Shown here piece by piece: positions 1 through 9,345 of a DNA stretch of 64,000 nt. The stretch lies in the NCBI GenBank assembly GCA_949082785.1, contig CARVLU010000005.1:2767-66766 (forward strand), in the 5' to 3' direction. How positions within the stretch are numbered: the stretch's first letter is position 1; every line of letters starts with the position of its first letter. The notes beneath the pieces are model-generated. The model was not told the origin of the DNA and did not search any database. It was given only the letters and a program-made list of their open reading frames with translations. The DNA is from an uncultured Alphaproteobacteria bacterium (GTDB lineage Bacteria; Pseudomonadota; Alphaproteobacteria; Rs-D84). The translations under genes were made by a program, and so were the position numbers.

Positions 1-43
1 CGCTGTATCAGAGCGGCATTCTAACCAACTGAACTACTGACCC
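1..43 (-). tRNA. tRNA-Ile(GAU), 5' portion only (rest lies beyond the window edge), in the 16S-23S spacer
   Basis: Reverse complement reads GGGTCAGTAGTTCAGTTGGTTAGAATGCCGCTCTGATACAGCG. This gives the acceptor 5' arm, D-arm, and anticodon stem CCGCT/AGCG with loop CTGATAC (anticodon GAT). Position just downstream of 16S is the canonical ITS location. Confidence 0.85.
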
Positions 44-128
44 AGCAGATTTATTACCCATATCAAAAAGAGATGTTCAGACAGTCGCATTCGGATTTGA
101 CCGTTTTCGTGGAAACGGTATTCTCTAT

Positions 129-1630
<1,502 letters not shown>

Positions 1631-1945
1631 TAAAAAACTTGGTGTTTAAGTCCTGTGCATAAAACAAAGCTGACATATAATATCAGTTCGTCTTTACATA
1701 TATATATTCGCAAGACAAGTTTTTAACGAGGTTTAATATGTAAACCTACTACCTGTCTAGGATATGCACATTTGACTTAGTCAAAGTTTGGATATTTCCA
1801 AATTCAACTGTCTGCACATCCCTTCTTGAATTTTGATGAGCTGCTTTTATTCACAATGTTGCGGACTTATCAGAGCTATCTGTAAACCGCGGAATTTCAG
1901 GGGTTGAGATCTTTTTTGTTTTGTTCTCAACTTGAAAGCCTGCAT

Positions 1946-1974
1946 AGTATGTGCTCAAACCTTTCAAAAGTCAA
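1946..1974 (-). promoter_or_regulatory. Candidate rRNA operon promoter (TTGACT-17 nt-CATACT) with AT-rich upstream block
   Basis: Minus strand reads AATCGCTTGACTtttgaaaggtttgagcaCATACT. It is preceded by AAAATTATTTTCCAAAAA. A second TTGACT lies about 50 nt further upstream. Hand-found only. Confidence 0.3.
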
Positions 1975-2112
1975 GCGATTTTTGGAAAATAATTTTAAGA
2001 AAGTTTCATTTTTACCCCAAGTCAATAGGAAAAAGGCCGGATTTCTGGGATTTTTTGGCCATAATTTTTTTTTAATTTTTTTTGTTTTTTTATGAAAAAA
2101 AGTCGTTTTTTC

Positions 2113-2330
2113 GATTCGGGACGGGCCAAAAACCGATTCAGTGACCCATTTTACCCCCCATTTTTGATAAAAGGCACCCCAATTATTCGACAATGATTCG
2201 GATTTCGCCCCCATGATTCGGTTTTTGGCACACGCCACCCCGCCCCAAACACCCCAAGTAATAGCGTTATATATATACGCGCGCGCGTGCGCGCATAGAA
2301 ACAGCCGGCATAAAATCACATTCGATTCGG
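2113..2330 (+). repeat. Cluster of same-orientation GATTCGG heptamers (4 exact, 2 variant)
   Basis: Exact copies at 2113-2119, 2195-2201, 2215-2221 and 2324-2330. Variants are GATTCAG at 2135 and TATTCGA at 2184. Two copies share the context ATGATTCGGnTTT spaced 20 bp apart. Confidence 0.6.
2268..2296. repeat. 29-nt perfectly alternating pyrimidine-purine tract (TA)5(CG)5TG(CG)2CAT
   Basis: Sequence tatatatatacgcgcgcgcgtgcgcgcat read directly. Every position alternates Y/R. Confidence 0.9.
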
Positions 2331-2387
2331 TTGCCAGTGCCCAAAACCGCAATTTTGTCTTTTCAATCGGGGCTTTTTTATGATATT

Positions 2388-3641
2388 ATGCGTATTATGA
2401 AATCAAAAATATCTGTTTTGGCGGCCTTGCTGTGTGTATGGGGGGCCGGCGCCGCACACGCGTCCGATTGTACGGGCGACGGGTGCATTATTGAACCAAT
2501 TAACCTGGGCGTGGTCCGGGAACCGACCGATTTGGCCCCGGCCGCGATGATTGCGGAATTTGCGGCGGTCGAATCGCCGACATATCTGACACCGGCGGTG
2601 GTGCAACCCACCCCCGTCATGTATCAGATGGTCGCGCCCGTCACCCCGCGCCCCATTGCCGTTGTCCCCGTCAGTCGGGACGCCCTGGGGACGCCATGGG
2701 ACGGTGTGCACGGCACATTCCGTCAACGTAAATATGACAAAACTGTTGATTGGCGCACCGGCGTGCCAATTTGGGACGATTCGATTTCCCATTACCGGGA
2801 CAAGGATTTTAGCGATTGGTACGACGAAATGGACATCGAATATGTCCCTGCCGCCGAAGAAAAGGTTGACGACGGCGATTGCAGTGCATCGCAACAGGTC
2901 GAAGCGTTATTGGCCCCCCGCCGCCCCAGCGGTGATTTATGGCTGAACAATCCGGAAAAGTACCAGGCCCAGGATTTGGGCTGCGCCGTGCGCGACGCAT
3001 TTAACGTCACCGTGACGGAAAACATGGCCGTGATTGAAAATCCGGACGGCTGCCCGTTTGAAAAGCCCGCCGAATGCGACATTTGGCGCCGCAAACCGAT
3101 GGTTCGCGAAACCGTCGCCCCGCGCAGTAAAAAAATCCGCGCGACAAATATCGATGCCTTTATTATCCAGGCAAAGTGCAGCCCCACCATCACCGCAAAC
3201 GAACCGGTGGCGGCGCCATTGCTGGACCGGTATAAAATGTTGATGAAATCGGCCCAGGCCTGTTGCACGGACGGCATGGTCTATGCGTTGAAAAATGCCG
3301 GCGCGACGGACGGTCTGATTTACAAATTTATGTCGGACGACGCGAACTTTTATAACCTGGGGGCGCGGTGCCTGATGACGACGGATGCGGAATTTGACAC
3401 CAAATATCCCAACACCGCGACGGCCGCCGTTGCGGCGGACGTGCGCAACGGATGTTTGTGCCGCGGACGCCAGTGGTTCACGGCCATGCTGGCCCCATTC
3501 CAAGAAGCATGGCGCGCCGCGCCGCAGTTTGCGGAATCCAAGTTCAATTATACATACACGGACGGCCTGCAACGCCAGGTAACGGTATCGGTCAACAACG
3601 ACGTTCGCAATGTGTTGAACCAATTGGCCCAGTGCCCATAA
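2388..3641 (+). CDS. Secreted Cys-rich protein, unknown family (carries the PRRPSGDLW motif)
   Basis: ORF-track frame 2331-3641, with the start moved to ATG 2388/2397. Signal peptide MKSKISVLAALLCVWGAGAAHA|SDC. Many Cys. A strong hairpin terminator follows directly. Confidence 0.8.
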   Translation: MRIMKSKISVLAALLCVWGAGAAHASDCTGDGCIIEPINLGVVREPTDLAPAAMIAEFAAVESPTYLTPAVVQPTPVMYQMVAPVTPRPIAVVPVSRDALGTPWDGVHGTFRQRKYDKTVDWRTGVPIWDDSISHYRDKDFSDWYDEMDIEYVPAAEEKVDDGDCSASQQVEALLAPRRPSGDLWLNNPEKYQAQDLGCAVRDAFNVTVTENMAVIENPDGCPFEKPAECDIWRRKPMVRETVAPRSKKIRATNIDAFIIQAKCSPTITANEPVAAPLLDRYKMLMKSAQACCTDGMVYALKNAGATDGLIYKFMSDDANFYNLGARCLMTTDAEFDTKYPNTATAAVAADVRNGCLCRGRQWFTAMLAPFQEAWRAAPQFAESKFNYTYTDGLQRQVTVSVNNDVRNVLNQLAQCP

Positions 3642-3669
3642 AAAAATCCCCCACCGGGGGATTTTTTTT
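3642..3669. terminator. Bidirectional intrinsic terminator AAAAAATCCCCC-ACCG-GGGGGATTTTTTTT
   Basis: Perfect GC-rich hairpin flanked by an A-tract and a T-tract, immediately after the stop at 3641. Confidence 0.85.
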
Positions 3670-3676
3670 ATCCCCG

Positions 3677-3840
3677 TTGTCATTGCGAGCCATCGGCGAA
3701 GCAATCCAGATAATAAGAAACAGACCACTATTCACTGGATTGCTTCACTGCGTTCGCAATGACAATGGTGTCTAATTTCCAGGAACTGCATCCCCTTTGT
3801 CATTGCGAGCAAGGCGGTACGCCGCCGCGTGGCAATCCAG
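3677..3840. repeat. Three palindromic R elements (TTGTCATTGCGAG-loop-GCAATCCAG and its inverse) with S2 and S1 spacers
   Basis: R at 3677-3709, inverted S2 (ataataagaaacagaccactattca), inverse R, S1 (tggtgtctaatttccaggaactgcatcccc), then R ending at 3840. Confidence 0.9.
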
Positions 3841-3844
3841 TAAT

Positions 3845-3865
3845 AAAATCCCCCATTCGGGGGAT
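3845..3865 (-). terminator. Terminator of cassette HTH gene copy 1
   Basis: Hairpin ATCCCCC-GAAT-GGGGGAT followed by TTTT on the minus strand, 4 nt after the stop codon. Confidence 0.75.
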
Positions 3866-3869
3866 GGCA

Positions 3870-4097
3870 TTACAAATTATCGCGGCTGCGCCGTATCACC
3901 AACATTGCAAACGCACCGTGGAAAAACCGGCGCAGTATGCCAATGTCAAACAACGCCTGGCCACGTTCACATTTTTTGTAATCTTTCTTGCTCATTTTCA
4001 ACAACGCGGCGGCATCGGCCACACTGATGCGCAGGTGTTGTCGCGCACACCGCATAATATTGCCGTAATAGTTTGCATCGATTAATAATTTTGCCAT
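3870..4097 (-). CDS. 75-aa XRE-family helix-turn-helix protein, cassette copy 1
   Basis: MAKLLIDANYYGNIMRCARQHLRISVADAAALLKMSKKDYKKCERGQALF... matches the HTH_3-type pattern (R..R....iS....A..L.......y...E.G). AAGGAG lies 9 nt before this ATG. The upstream in-frame ATG (4106) abuts the SD. This is 1 of 4 paralogs. Confidence 0.85.
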   Translation of the reverse strand: MAKLLIDANYYGNIMRCARQHLRISVADAAALLKMSKKDYKKCERGQALFDIGILRRFFHGAFAMLVIRRSRDNL

Positions 4098-4290
4098 TAT
4101 TTTCATCTCCTTTTAAGTTAATAAAACACCGCCCGTAAAAGCACAGGCGGTTGGAGGTTAATAGCTATTCGAAGAAATAGTGTGGCTTATTCGATATATT
4201 CGCCACCCTCCAACCAATGGTTGGAATGTTTTATGTCATTGCTGACATCTTCGAAACGGGCTATTAAACCCTACACCGGTTACCCAATGC
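4098..4290 (-). ncRNA. Candidate structured leader / cis-regulatory RNA, cassette copy 1
   Basis: Lies between the TATAAT box and the ORF. Contains the invariant GCATTGGGTAACCGGTGTAGGGT block. Helices H1-H5 are conserved with compensatory changes across the 4 copies. The terminator-like CCGCCTG-N8-CGGGCGG-TGTTTT lies at 4129-4150 in plus coordinates. Confidence 0.6.
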
Positions 4291-4296
4291 GTGTGA

Positions 4297-4325
4297 ATTA
4301 TATCGCACATAACGCGATTGTTCAA
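4297..4325 (-). promoter_or_regulatory. Cassette promoter copy 1: TTGAAC-17 nt-TATAAT with upstream AATAAATTTAAAT
   Basis: Minus strand reads CACACCAATAAATTTAAATTCCTTGAACaatcgcgttatgtgcgaTATAAT. The same arrangement occurs in all 4 copies. Confidence 0.7.
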
Positions 4326-4351
4326 GGAATTTAAATTTATTGGTGTGTTTT

Positions 4352-4711
4352 CTGGATTGCCACGCCACTGACGTGGCTCGCAATGACAAGGGTGTTTAAT
4401 TTCCCGGATACTTCATCCCCTTTGTCATTGCGAGTGCAGTGACGCAATCCAGTGAATAGTGGTCTGTTCCTTATTATCTGGATTGCCACGCCACTGACGT
4501 GGCTCGCAATGACAAGGGTGTTTAATTTCCCGGATACTTCATCCCCTTTGTCATTGCGAGTGCAGTGACGCAATCCAGTGAATAGTGGTCTGTTCCTTAT
4601 TATCTGGATTGCCACGCCACTGACGTGGCTCGCAATGACAAGGGTGTTTAATTTCCAGGAACTATATCTCCTTTGTCATTGCGAGGGAGCATCGCGACCG
4701 CGGCAATCCAG
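4352..4711. repeat. Array 1: 2.85 units of a 126-bp repeat (R1-S1-R2-S2)
   Basis: CTGGATTGCC recurs at 4352, 4478 and 4604. R1 is ctggattgccacgccactgacgtggctcgcaatgacaa. S1 is gggtgtttaatttcccggatacttcatcccc. R2 is tttgtcattgcgagtgcagtgacgcaatccag. S2 is tgaatagtggtctgttccttattat. Confidence 0.95.
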
Positions 4712-4735
4712 TAAATAATGTGCGCGCATGCACAA

Positions 4736-4760
4736 ACAAAAAATCCCGCCGGGGCGGGAT
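4736..4760 (-). terminator. fabZ terminator (ATCCCGCC-CCG-GCGGGAT + T-tract on minus strand)
   Basis: Hairpin plus T-run 3 nt after the fabZ stop. Confidence 0.8.
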
Positions 4761-4763
4761 GGA

Positions 4764-5204
4764 CTATTTATCCTTGGTATCCATGATGGCGGTAAAGGTT
4801 GCCTCTGCCACCTTTTTCCCGCCGACCATCGCGATGCCGTGGAATTTGTACAGACGCATCTTGGACATCAGCAATTCAACGTGCAATTCCAAAACGTCGC
4901 CCGGCATGACCATATGGGAAAACTTAATCTTTTCCATTGTCGTGAAATACCCCAGCGTGCTGCCATCGGTAATCCCCAGATTTTTCAGTGCGATAAAGCA
5001 TGCCGTTTGGGCCAATGCTTCGACCTGTAATACGCCGGGCATAATCGGTTTGCCCGGAAAATGGCCCGCACACCAAAATTCGTCATCACGGACATAGTGA
5101 ATCCCAACACCGCTGGATTCGTTAAATTCGCGGATTTCGTCAATCAGGCGCATATCGCCCCGATGCGGAATAATTTTTTCGATACCTGCTGCATCTACCA
5201 TCAT
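4764..5204 (-). CDS. fabZ: 3-hydroxyacyl-ACP dehydratase FabZ
   Basis: 146 aa. Contains IPHRGDMRLIDE and GHFPGKPIMPGVLQVEALAQ hot-dog motifs. Lies directly downstream of lpxD. Confidence 0.95.
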   Translation of the reverse strand: MMVDAAGIEKIIPHRGDMRLIDEIREFNESSGVGIHYVRDDEFWCAGHFPGKPIMPGVLQVEALAQTACFIALKNLGITDGSTLGYFTTMEKIKFSHMVMPGDVLELHVELLMSKMRLYKFHGIAMVGGKKVAEATFTAIMDTKDK

Positions 5205-5221
5205 GTGTTACCCCCTGTGGT

Positions 5222-6265
5222 TTATTGTTTACTGTGTTTGCGCAACCACGCATAGTGGCGCATAAATTCTGTGCCGGGTCCGGCCGGATATCCCATGTGC
5301 CGTTGGCCCGCGGGAACATCGCGGAAAACCCCGCTGTTGGCGCCAACTTCGGCATCGTCGCCGATGTGAACGCCATTGGCGACACCCACGTGTCCACCCA
5401 ACAATGCGCGGTCACCAACGACCGTCCCCCCCGCCAGGCCGCATCCAGACGCCAAGAAACATTCCGCCCCAACCACGACGCCATGCGCGATTTGGCACAA
5501 ATTATCAATCTTGGTCCCATCCCCGATGCGCGTGTCCGTCATCGCACCGCGGTCAATGCACGTGTTTGCGCCGACCGATACCCGGTTGCCCAATACCACG
5601 CGTCCCGTATGCGGGATAAATACGTTGTGGCCGTCCTGGCGGGTGTAACCAAACCCATCCTTGCCAATAATGGCGCCGGCGTTAATGACGCAATCCGCCC
5701 CGATGGTGGCGTTTTCAATATGTGCGCCGGTCTGGATAATCGTGCCCGCGCCAATGGTCACATTGCGCCCGATGTACGCCCCGGGATAAATTTTTACATC
5801 CGGTTCAATGACCGCGCCGCGTTCAACGGTCGCAAATTGCCCGATATAAACGGTCGATTTTTTCCGGAAAAATACCCCGCGTTCCACAACCGCGTTGGGC
5901 GACACGCCAAATCGCGGCGGTTCACGGTAAATTTCCCCCAAAATTTTAACGATGTTGCCGCGCGGGCTGTCGGTAATCAGCAATGTTGCACCCGCCGGGG
6001 CGTTTGCCACCTGTTCCGGTTGCAATAAAATCACACTGGCGCGGGTATTTTTCAAAACATCAATCGGCAAAATTTTAAACGCCGCACTGTTTTGTTCCGT
6101 GGAATAAAACGCCAATTGTCCGGGCCGCGCATCCGCGATGGGCGCAACACCACGCACCGGGGTCGCCGCATCACCACGCAGTTCCAATCCAAATTTTTCC
6201 GCCAATGCGCCGGCTGTTGTTTCTGTTCCCGCCGGCATAAACAGGGAACGTAAAAACGTAAACAT
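5222..6265 (-). CDS. lpxD: UDP-3-O-acylglucosamine N-acyltransferase LpxD
   Basis: 347 aa. Long run of hexapeptide (left-handed beta-helix) repeats after an LpxD-type N-domain. lpxD-fabZ adjacency. Confidence 0.92.
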   Translation of the reverse strand: MFTFLRSLFMPAGTETTAGALAEKFGLELRGDAATPVRGVAPIADARPGQLAFYSTEQNSAAFKILPIDVLKNTRASVILLQPEQVANAPAGATLLITDSPRGNIVKILGEIYREPPRFGVSPNAVVERGVFFRKKSTVYIGQFATVERGAVIEPDVKIYPGAYIGRNVTIGAGTIIQTGAHIENATIGADCVINAGAIIGKDGFGYTRQDGHNVFIPHTGRVVLGNRVSVGANTCIDRGAMTDTRIGDGTKIDNLCQIAHGVVVGAECFLASGCGLAGGTVVGDRALLGGHVGVANGVHIGDDAEVGANSGVFRDVPAGQRHMGYPAGPGTEFMRHYAWLRKHSKQ

Positions 6266-6339
6266 GGGCCGATTATACGCCGAAAAGATTCAAAATCAAA
6301 GCATAAAATCAAATCCCCCGCCGTGTGGCGTGGTTGGTA

Positions 6340-6527
6340 CTGGATTGCCGCGCCATACCGGCGCCCCGCAACGCCAAAGGGGACGCAGTGCCTGGAAATT
6401 AAATACCCCTGTCATTGCGAGTGTAACGAAGCAATCCAGTCAAATCATGAACTATTCCTTATTATTCCTGGATTGCCGCGGTCGTCCGTCTTCGCTGCGC
6501 TACGTCGCGACTCACTTGCAATGACAA
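6340..6527. repeat. R1(degenerate)-S1-R2-S2-R1 palindromic element group
   Basis: ctggattgccgcgccataccggcgccccgcaacgccaa ... tgtcattgcgagtgtaacgaagcaatccag ... ctggattgccgcggtcgtccgtcttcgctgcgctacgtcgcgactcacttgcaatgacaa. Confidence 0.9.
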
Positions 6528-6552
6528 CGGGGATGAATGCGGGGGCACAAAC

Positions 6553-6574
6553 AAAAAATCCCGCCGGGGCGGGA
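6553..6574 (-). terminator. Terminator of the 251-aa gene (TCCCGCC-CCG-GCGGGA + T-tract)
   Basis: Same hairpin type as the fabZ terminator, 6 nt after the stop at 6581. Confidence 0.75.
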
Positions 6575-6580
6575 CAGGAA

Positions 6581-7336
6581 TTATTTTGCCTGGGTGGCAC
6601 GCTGCTTATTCTGGTCATCTTCGATTTTGCGCATCACCTGGATATTCAAATCATACGCGCACGCATTGACCGCATCGCGATTGGTCGCAATTTTATTGCA
6701 CGTTGTCAATTCGCCGCCCTGGGGGGTGGTGTATTTGCCGGCCGCCCCCGAAATCGCGCCATACGATACGGCAAAGCCCAAATCTTTGTCCAATTGGCGT
6801 TTGGCGTCGCCAATATTGCCGCCCGCCACCGCGTTCAAGACAATGCGGATATTGTTTTGCAGACATTGCAGACCGGCCGTCGTACTGGTTTTCAGCAAAC
6901 AGTTTTCGGCCCCGCTTAACACTACGTTGCGGTCACCGGAACGGTATGACCCGGACGACCCGCCATTGTCATCGGTGGCACCGGCGGCCTGTAATTTGGT
7001 GGTCAAAATCGCCTTTTCCAACTGGGTGCGGAAACGGCGGATGGTCGCATCCAGATATTCATATTGTTTGTACATCTGTTGCGTCATGACGGTTGTTTTC
7101 AGCGCAACCACGTCCCGCATCAGCTGTTTGTCGGCATCACTTTCCGGATTTTGGACCAAACCGATATTATACGCATGCGTCGTGCACAGCGCCAATTCAG
7201 CCGAAATGCGGTCATTGTCTTCCCGGCTACAACCATTGTCGGCGGCGCGTACCGGCATCACCATGGCCGCACAAATGACCACGGTCGCCCCCAGCATTTT
7301 CATCCCGGCAAAGATTTTGTGTTCTGATATTTTCAT
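6581..7336 (-). CDS. Secreted protein, unknown family (paired Cys motifs)
   Basis: 251 aa. Signal peptide MKMLGATVVICAAMVMPVRA|ADNGC. The start overlaps the stop of the upstream gene (TAATG). Confidence 0.8.
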   Translation of the reverse strand: MKISEHKIFAGMKMLGATVVICAAMVMPVRAADNGCSREDNDRISAELALCTTHAYNIGLVQNPESDADKQLMRDVVALKTTVMTQQMYKQYEYLDATIRRFRTQLEKAILTTKLQAAGATDDNGGSSGSYRSGDRNVVLSGAENCLLKTSTTAGLQCLQNNIRIVLNAVAGGNIGDAKRQLDKDLGFAVSYGAISGAAGKYTTPQGGELTTCNKIATNRDAVNACAYDLNIQVMRKIEDDQNKQRATQAK

Positions 7337-9258
7337 TATTTTATAAATGTTTTTTGATATCCACGCATCAGGTTATAATCACATTGTTCCAACGCGCTTA
7401 ATTCCGACGCCCCACACCAACATTTGCCATCACGCCATGTGCCGTTGCGGTGTTCACAGCTGGATTTGTCCCAATTCAATTCAGTTGACGTCGAAACCGT
7501 TGTGCCTGTCAATGGTGATTTATTTTCCGATAATTTGAAATTCGATGTGACATACGCAAATTCGCATTGATTGTTAACCAATTTATAATTTTGCGGGCAA
7601 ACACACCCACCCCACCATGAACCACCAGAATTGCGGCATTTGCATTCATTGCTGTTGGCCCACATCGAACTGCTGCAATCCAAAATGGCCAGACCCGTCG
7701 CCGATGGCTGGGATACAGATGCGGCCTCGGTCACGGTGACGGCGCCGCCACCTTCCCAATCCGACACCAGCGTTTTATCCGCCACACACACCTTTTTCGG
7801 CAATTGTTTCAAACTGACCGATTTTTGCAATTCTTGCAGGCTTTCCGAATTCACCGCACAGAATTTCACACCGTCGGGATTGGGGTGCGTTGCCGTGCGC
7901 ATACGCGACGAACCGTATGTTGCCGGCGCGTCTTGTTCAATAATGCGTTGCAGGGTTTCAATATCAATTGTGGCCTGTTTCTTGCGCCCGCGGAACAGCA
8001 TGGAATTATCCAATGCTTCGGATGCGCAACCGACGCGCACTTCGCTGCGGACATTGTCATTGGAATCGACATTTTGTTCCGGATACAGCCAGTTTTGTTG
8101 AACTTCGTCATCACTGGTCAACATTTGAATCAATTGGCACCCGCCGTCCGACATCGGCACAACCTGGCCCACGGCGCAACGCGCCCCGCCACGGATATTG
8201 CCCGTCGCAACAGAACGGCCATCCTGGCAATTGGTGTTGGTGTAATGCATTACCTGGCCATCACTGCACAGATATTTTGCCCATGCGTTACATGTGCCGT
8301 TCAACATCATGTAAATATCGGTGATATCCACCCCAACGGATTGCGCCATAATCAGCGCGTCGTACAATTCGTCCAACACGTTTTCATACGGGTCAAAGAA
8401 ATTCAGTGCCTTTTGCTTGAACGTTTTCGCACGCTTGGGCCCGGTGCAATTGTTGCCCCGGTTGTCGCATCCGGCATACTGGAACGCATTTTCCATGGCG
8501 GCGCGTACTTCCTTTAACGATACGGCGGCATTGTCCAATTTGGTCATGATTTGGCCGGAAATCTGTTCACGGGCCAAAACATCCGCCGACACCCCGCGGG
8601 ATGCGGCATCCACCTGGGAATCGTTGGTCGTGCTGGTCTGGGCGGCGGTCGCCGCACTTACCGCGGCCGTTTGCGCCGCGGCGGCATCGGCAATCGCCTG
8701 GGCGGTTAATTGTTTCTGTTCTTCCAGTGCGGCCTGTAACTGGGCGGTGGCGGCTGCATTGGCGTTCGCCATTTCCGACTGCATCTGTTGCATCTGGGCC
8801 TGCATCTGTTGTAATTGCTGGGCGCTTTGCTGGGCGGCGGCCTGGGCCGCGGCATTTTGGGCGGCCGCCGCCTGGGCATTTGCCTTGGCCGTGGAATTAG
8901 CCACCAATTGCGCCGAAATATATTGAACCAGTTCGTCGCCGTATTGCTTGCACGCGTCGTTCGACATCACGCAACCGGACACAATCGGGGCCGCGATTTC
9001 CATCGTCGTGCATCCACCACTGGCACATTTGGGTTGCGCACAACGCAAAATCACAGAATTGCAATTTCCAAAATCCGCCGTGGCAGACGCCCCGCCGCGG
9101 GTGTTCATCATCTGGTTCCATGCGTTGTTATTCATGGCACCGGTATTGCCGTTAAATGCGGTTAAATTACTGCCCGCGGTGGTGGACACGGCGGCAATCG
9201 CCGGCGCGCACGGCACCAGTGTCAGGGCCAACAACAAAAATCTGGTTATGGATTTCAT
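7336..9258 (-). CDS. Large secreted Cys-rich protein with Ala/Gln coiled-coil segment and C-terminal CxC modules
   Basis: ORF-track frame 7336-9345, with the start moved to ATG 9258 (MKSITRFLLLALTLVPCAPAIAAVS signal peptide, GAGAG upstream). Contains AQAAAQQSAQQLQQMQAQMQQMQ. The C-terminus carries ECKCRNSGGSWWGGCVCPQNYKLVNNQC and SSCEHRNGTWRDGKCWCGASELSALEQC. Confidence 0.8.
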   Translation of the reverse strand: MKSITRFLLLALTLVPCAPAIAAVSTTAGSNLTAFNGNTGAMNNNAWNQMMNTRGGASATADFGNCNSVILRCAQPKCASGGCTTMEIAAPIVSGCVMSNDACKQYGDELVQYISAQLVANSTAKANAQAAAAQNAAAQAAAQQSAQQLQQMQAQMQQMQSEMANANAAATAQLQAALEEQKQLTAQAIADAAAAQTAAVSAATAAQTSTTNDSQVDAASRGVSADVLAREQISGQIMTKLDNAAVSLKEVRAAMENAFQYAGCDNRGNNCTGPKRAKTFKQKALNFFDPYENVLDELYDALIMAQSVGVDITDIYMMLNGTCNAWAKYLCSDGQVMHYTNTNCQDGRSVATGNIRGGARCAVGQVVPMSDGGCQLIQMLTSDDEVQQNWLYPEQNVDSNDNVRSEVRVGCASEALDNSMLFRGRKKQATIDIETLQRIIEQDAPATYGSSRMRTATHPNPDGVKFCAVNSESLQELQKSVSLKQLPKKVCVADKTLVSDWEGGGAVTVTEAASVSQPSATGLAILDCSSSMWANSNECKCRNSGGSWWGGCVCPQNYKLVNNQCEFAYVTSNFKLSENKSPLTGTTVSTSTELNWDKSSCEHRNGTWRDGKCWCGASELSALEQCDYNLMRGYQKTFIK

Positions 9259-9345
9259 ATTCTCTCGTCCCATTAATTTTACCATAAAAATGTCGGGGTG
9301 GAAAGACAAAAGTTCAAACAAAAAACCCGCCATGCGGCGGGTCAT

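Noticed and set aside
2040-2330. Chromosomal origin oriC.
   Set aside because: I could find no DnaA-box-like 9-mers (TTATCCACA/TGATCCACA family). No dnaA, dnaN, hemE or parAB lies nearby. It is kept only as an unexplained repeat cluster in the findings.
1904-2352. ORFs 1904-2095 plus and 1927-2352 minus in the rrn upstream region.
   Set aside because: Their translations are low-complexity products of poly-T/A tracts (FFLIFFVFL, KKTKKIKKK). They have no SD and overlap each other. The region is better explained as regulatory DNA.
4337-4615. ORFs translated across the repeat arrays: 4337-4615 minus, 30529-30759 minus, 38017-38349 plus and 30321-30572 plus.
   Set aside because: Their peptides are periodic translations of the R/S units (e.g. 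IQIIRNRPLFTGLRHCTRNDKG repeated). They have no SD or start context and exist only because the repeats lack stops.
4352-4711. CRISPR array interpretation of the repeat arrays (also 30464-30947 and 38121-38471). They have repeats of ~32-44 nt separated by 25-31 nt segments.
   Set aside because: Successive repeats alternate in orientation (R2 is the inverse of R1). The spacers S1 and S2 are themselves repeated within and between arrays. The repeat loops are variable. No cas gene or leader-type arrangement is present.
3670-4711. Type III toxin-antitoxin (ToxIN-like: tandem RNA repeats followed by a small ORF), or retron/DGR interpretations of the cassette.
   Set aside because: The strong promoter lies between the array and the ORF, so the array is not obviously part of that transcript. 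The ORF encodes an HTH protein, not a nuclease-like toxin. No reverse transcriptase is present.
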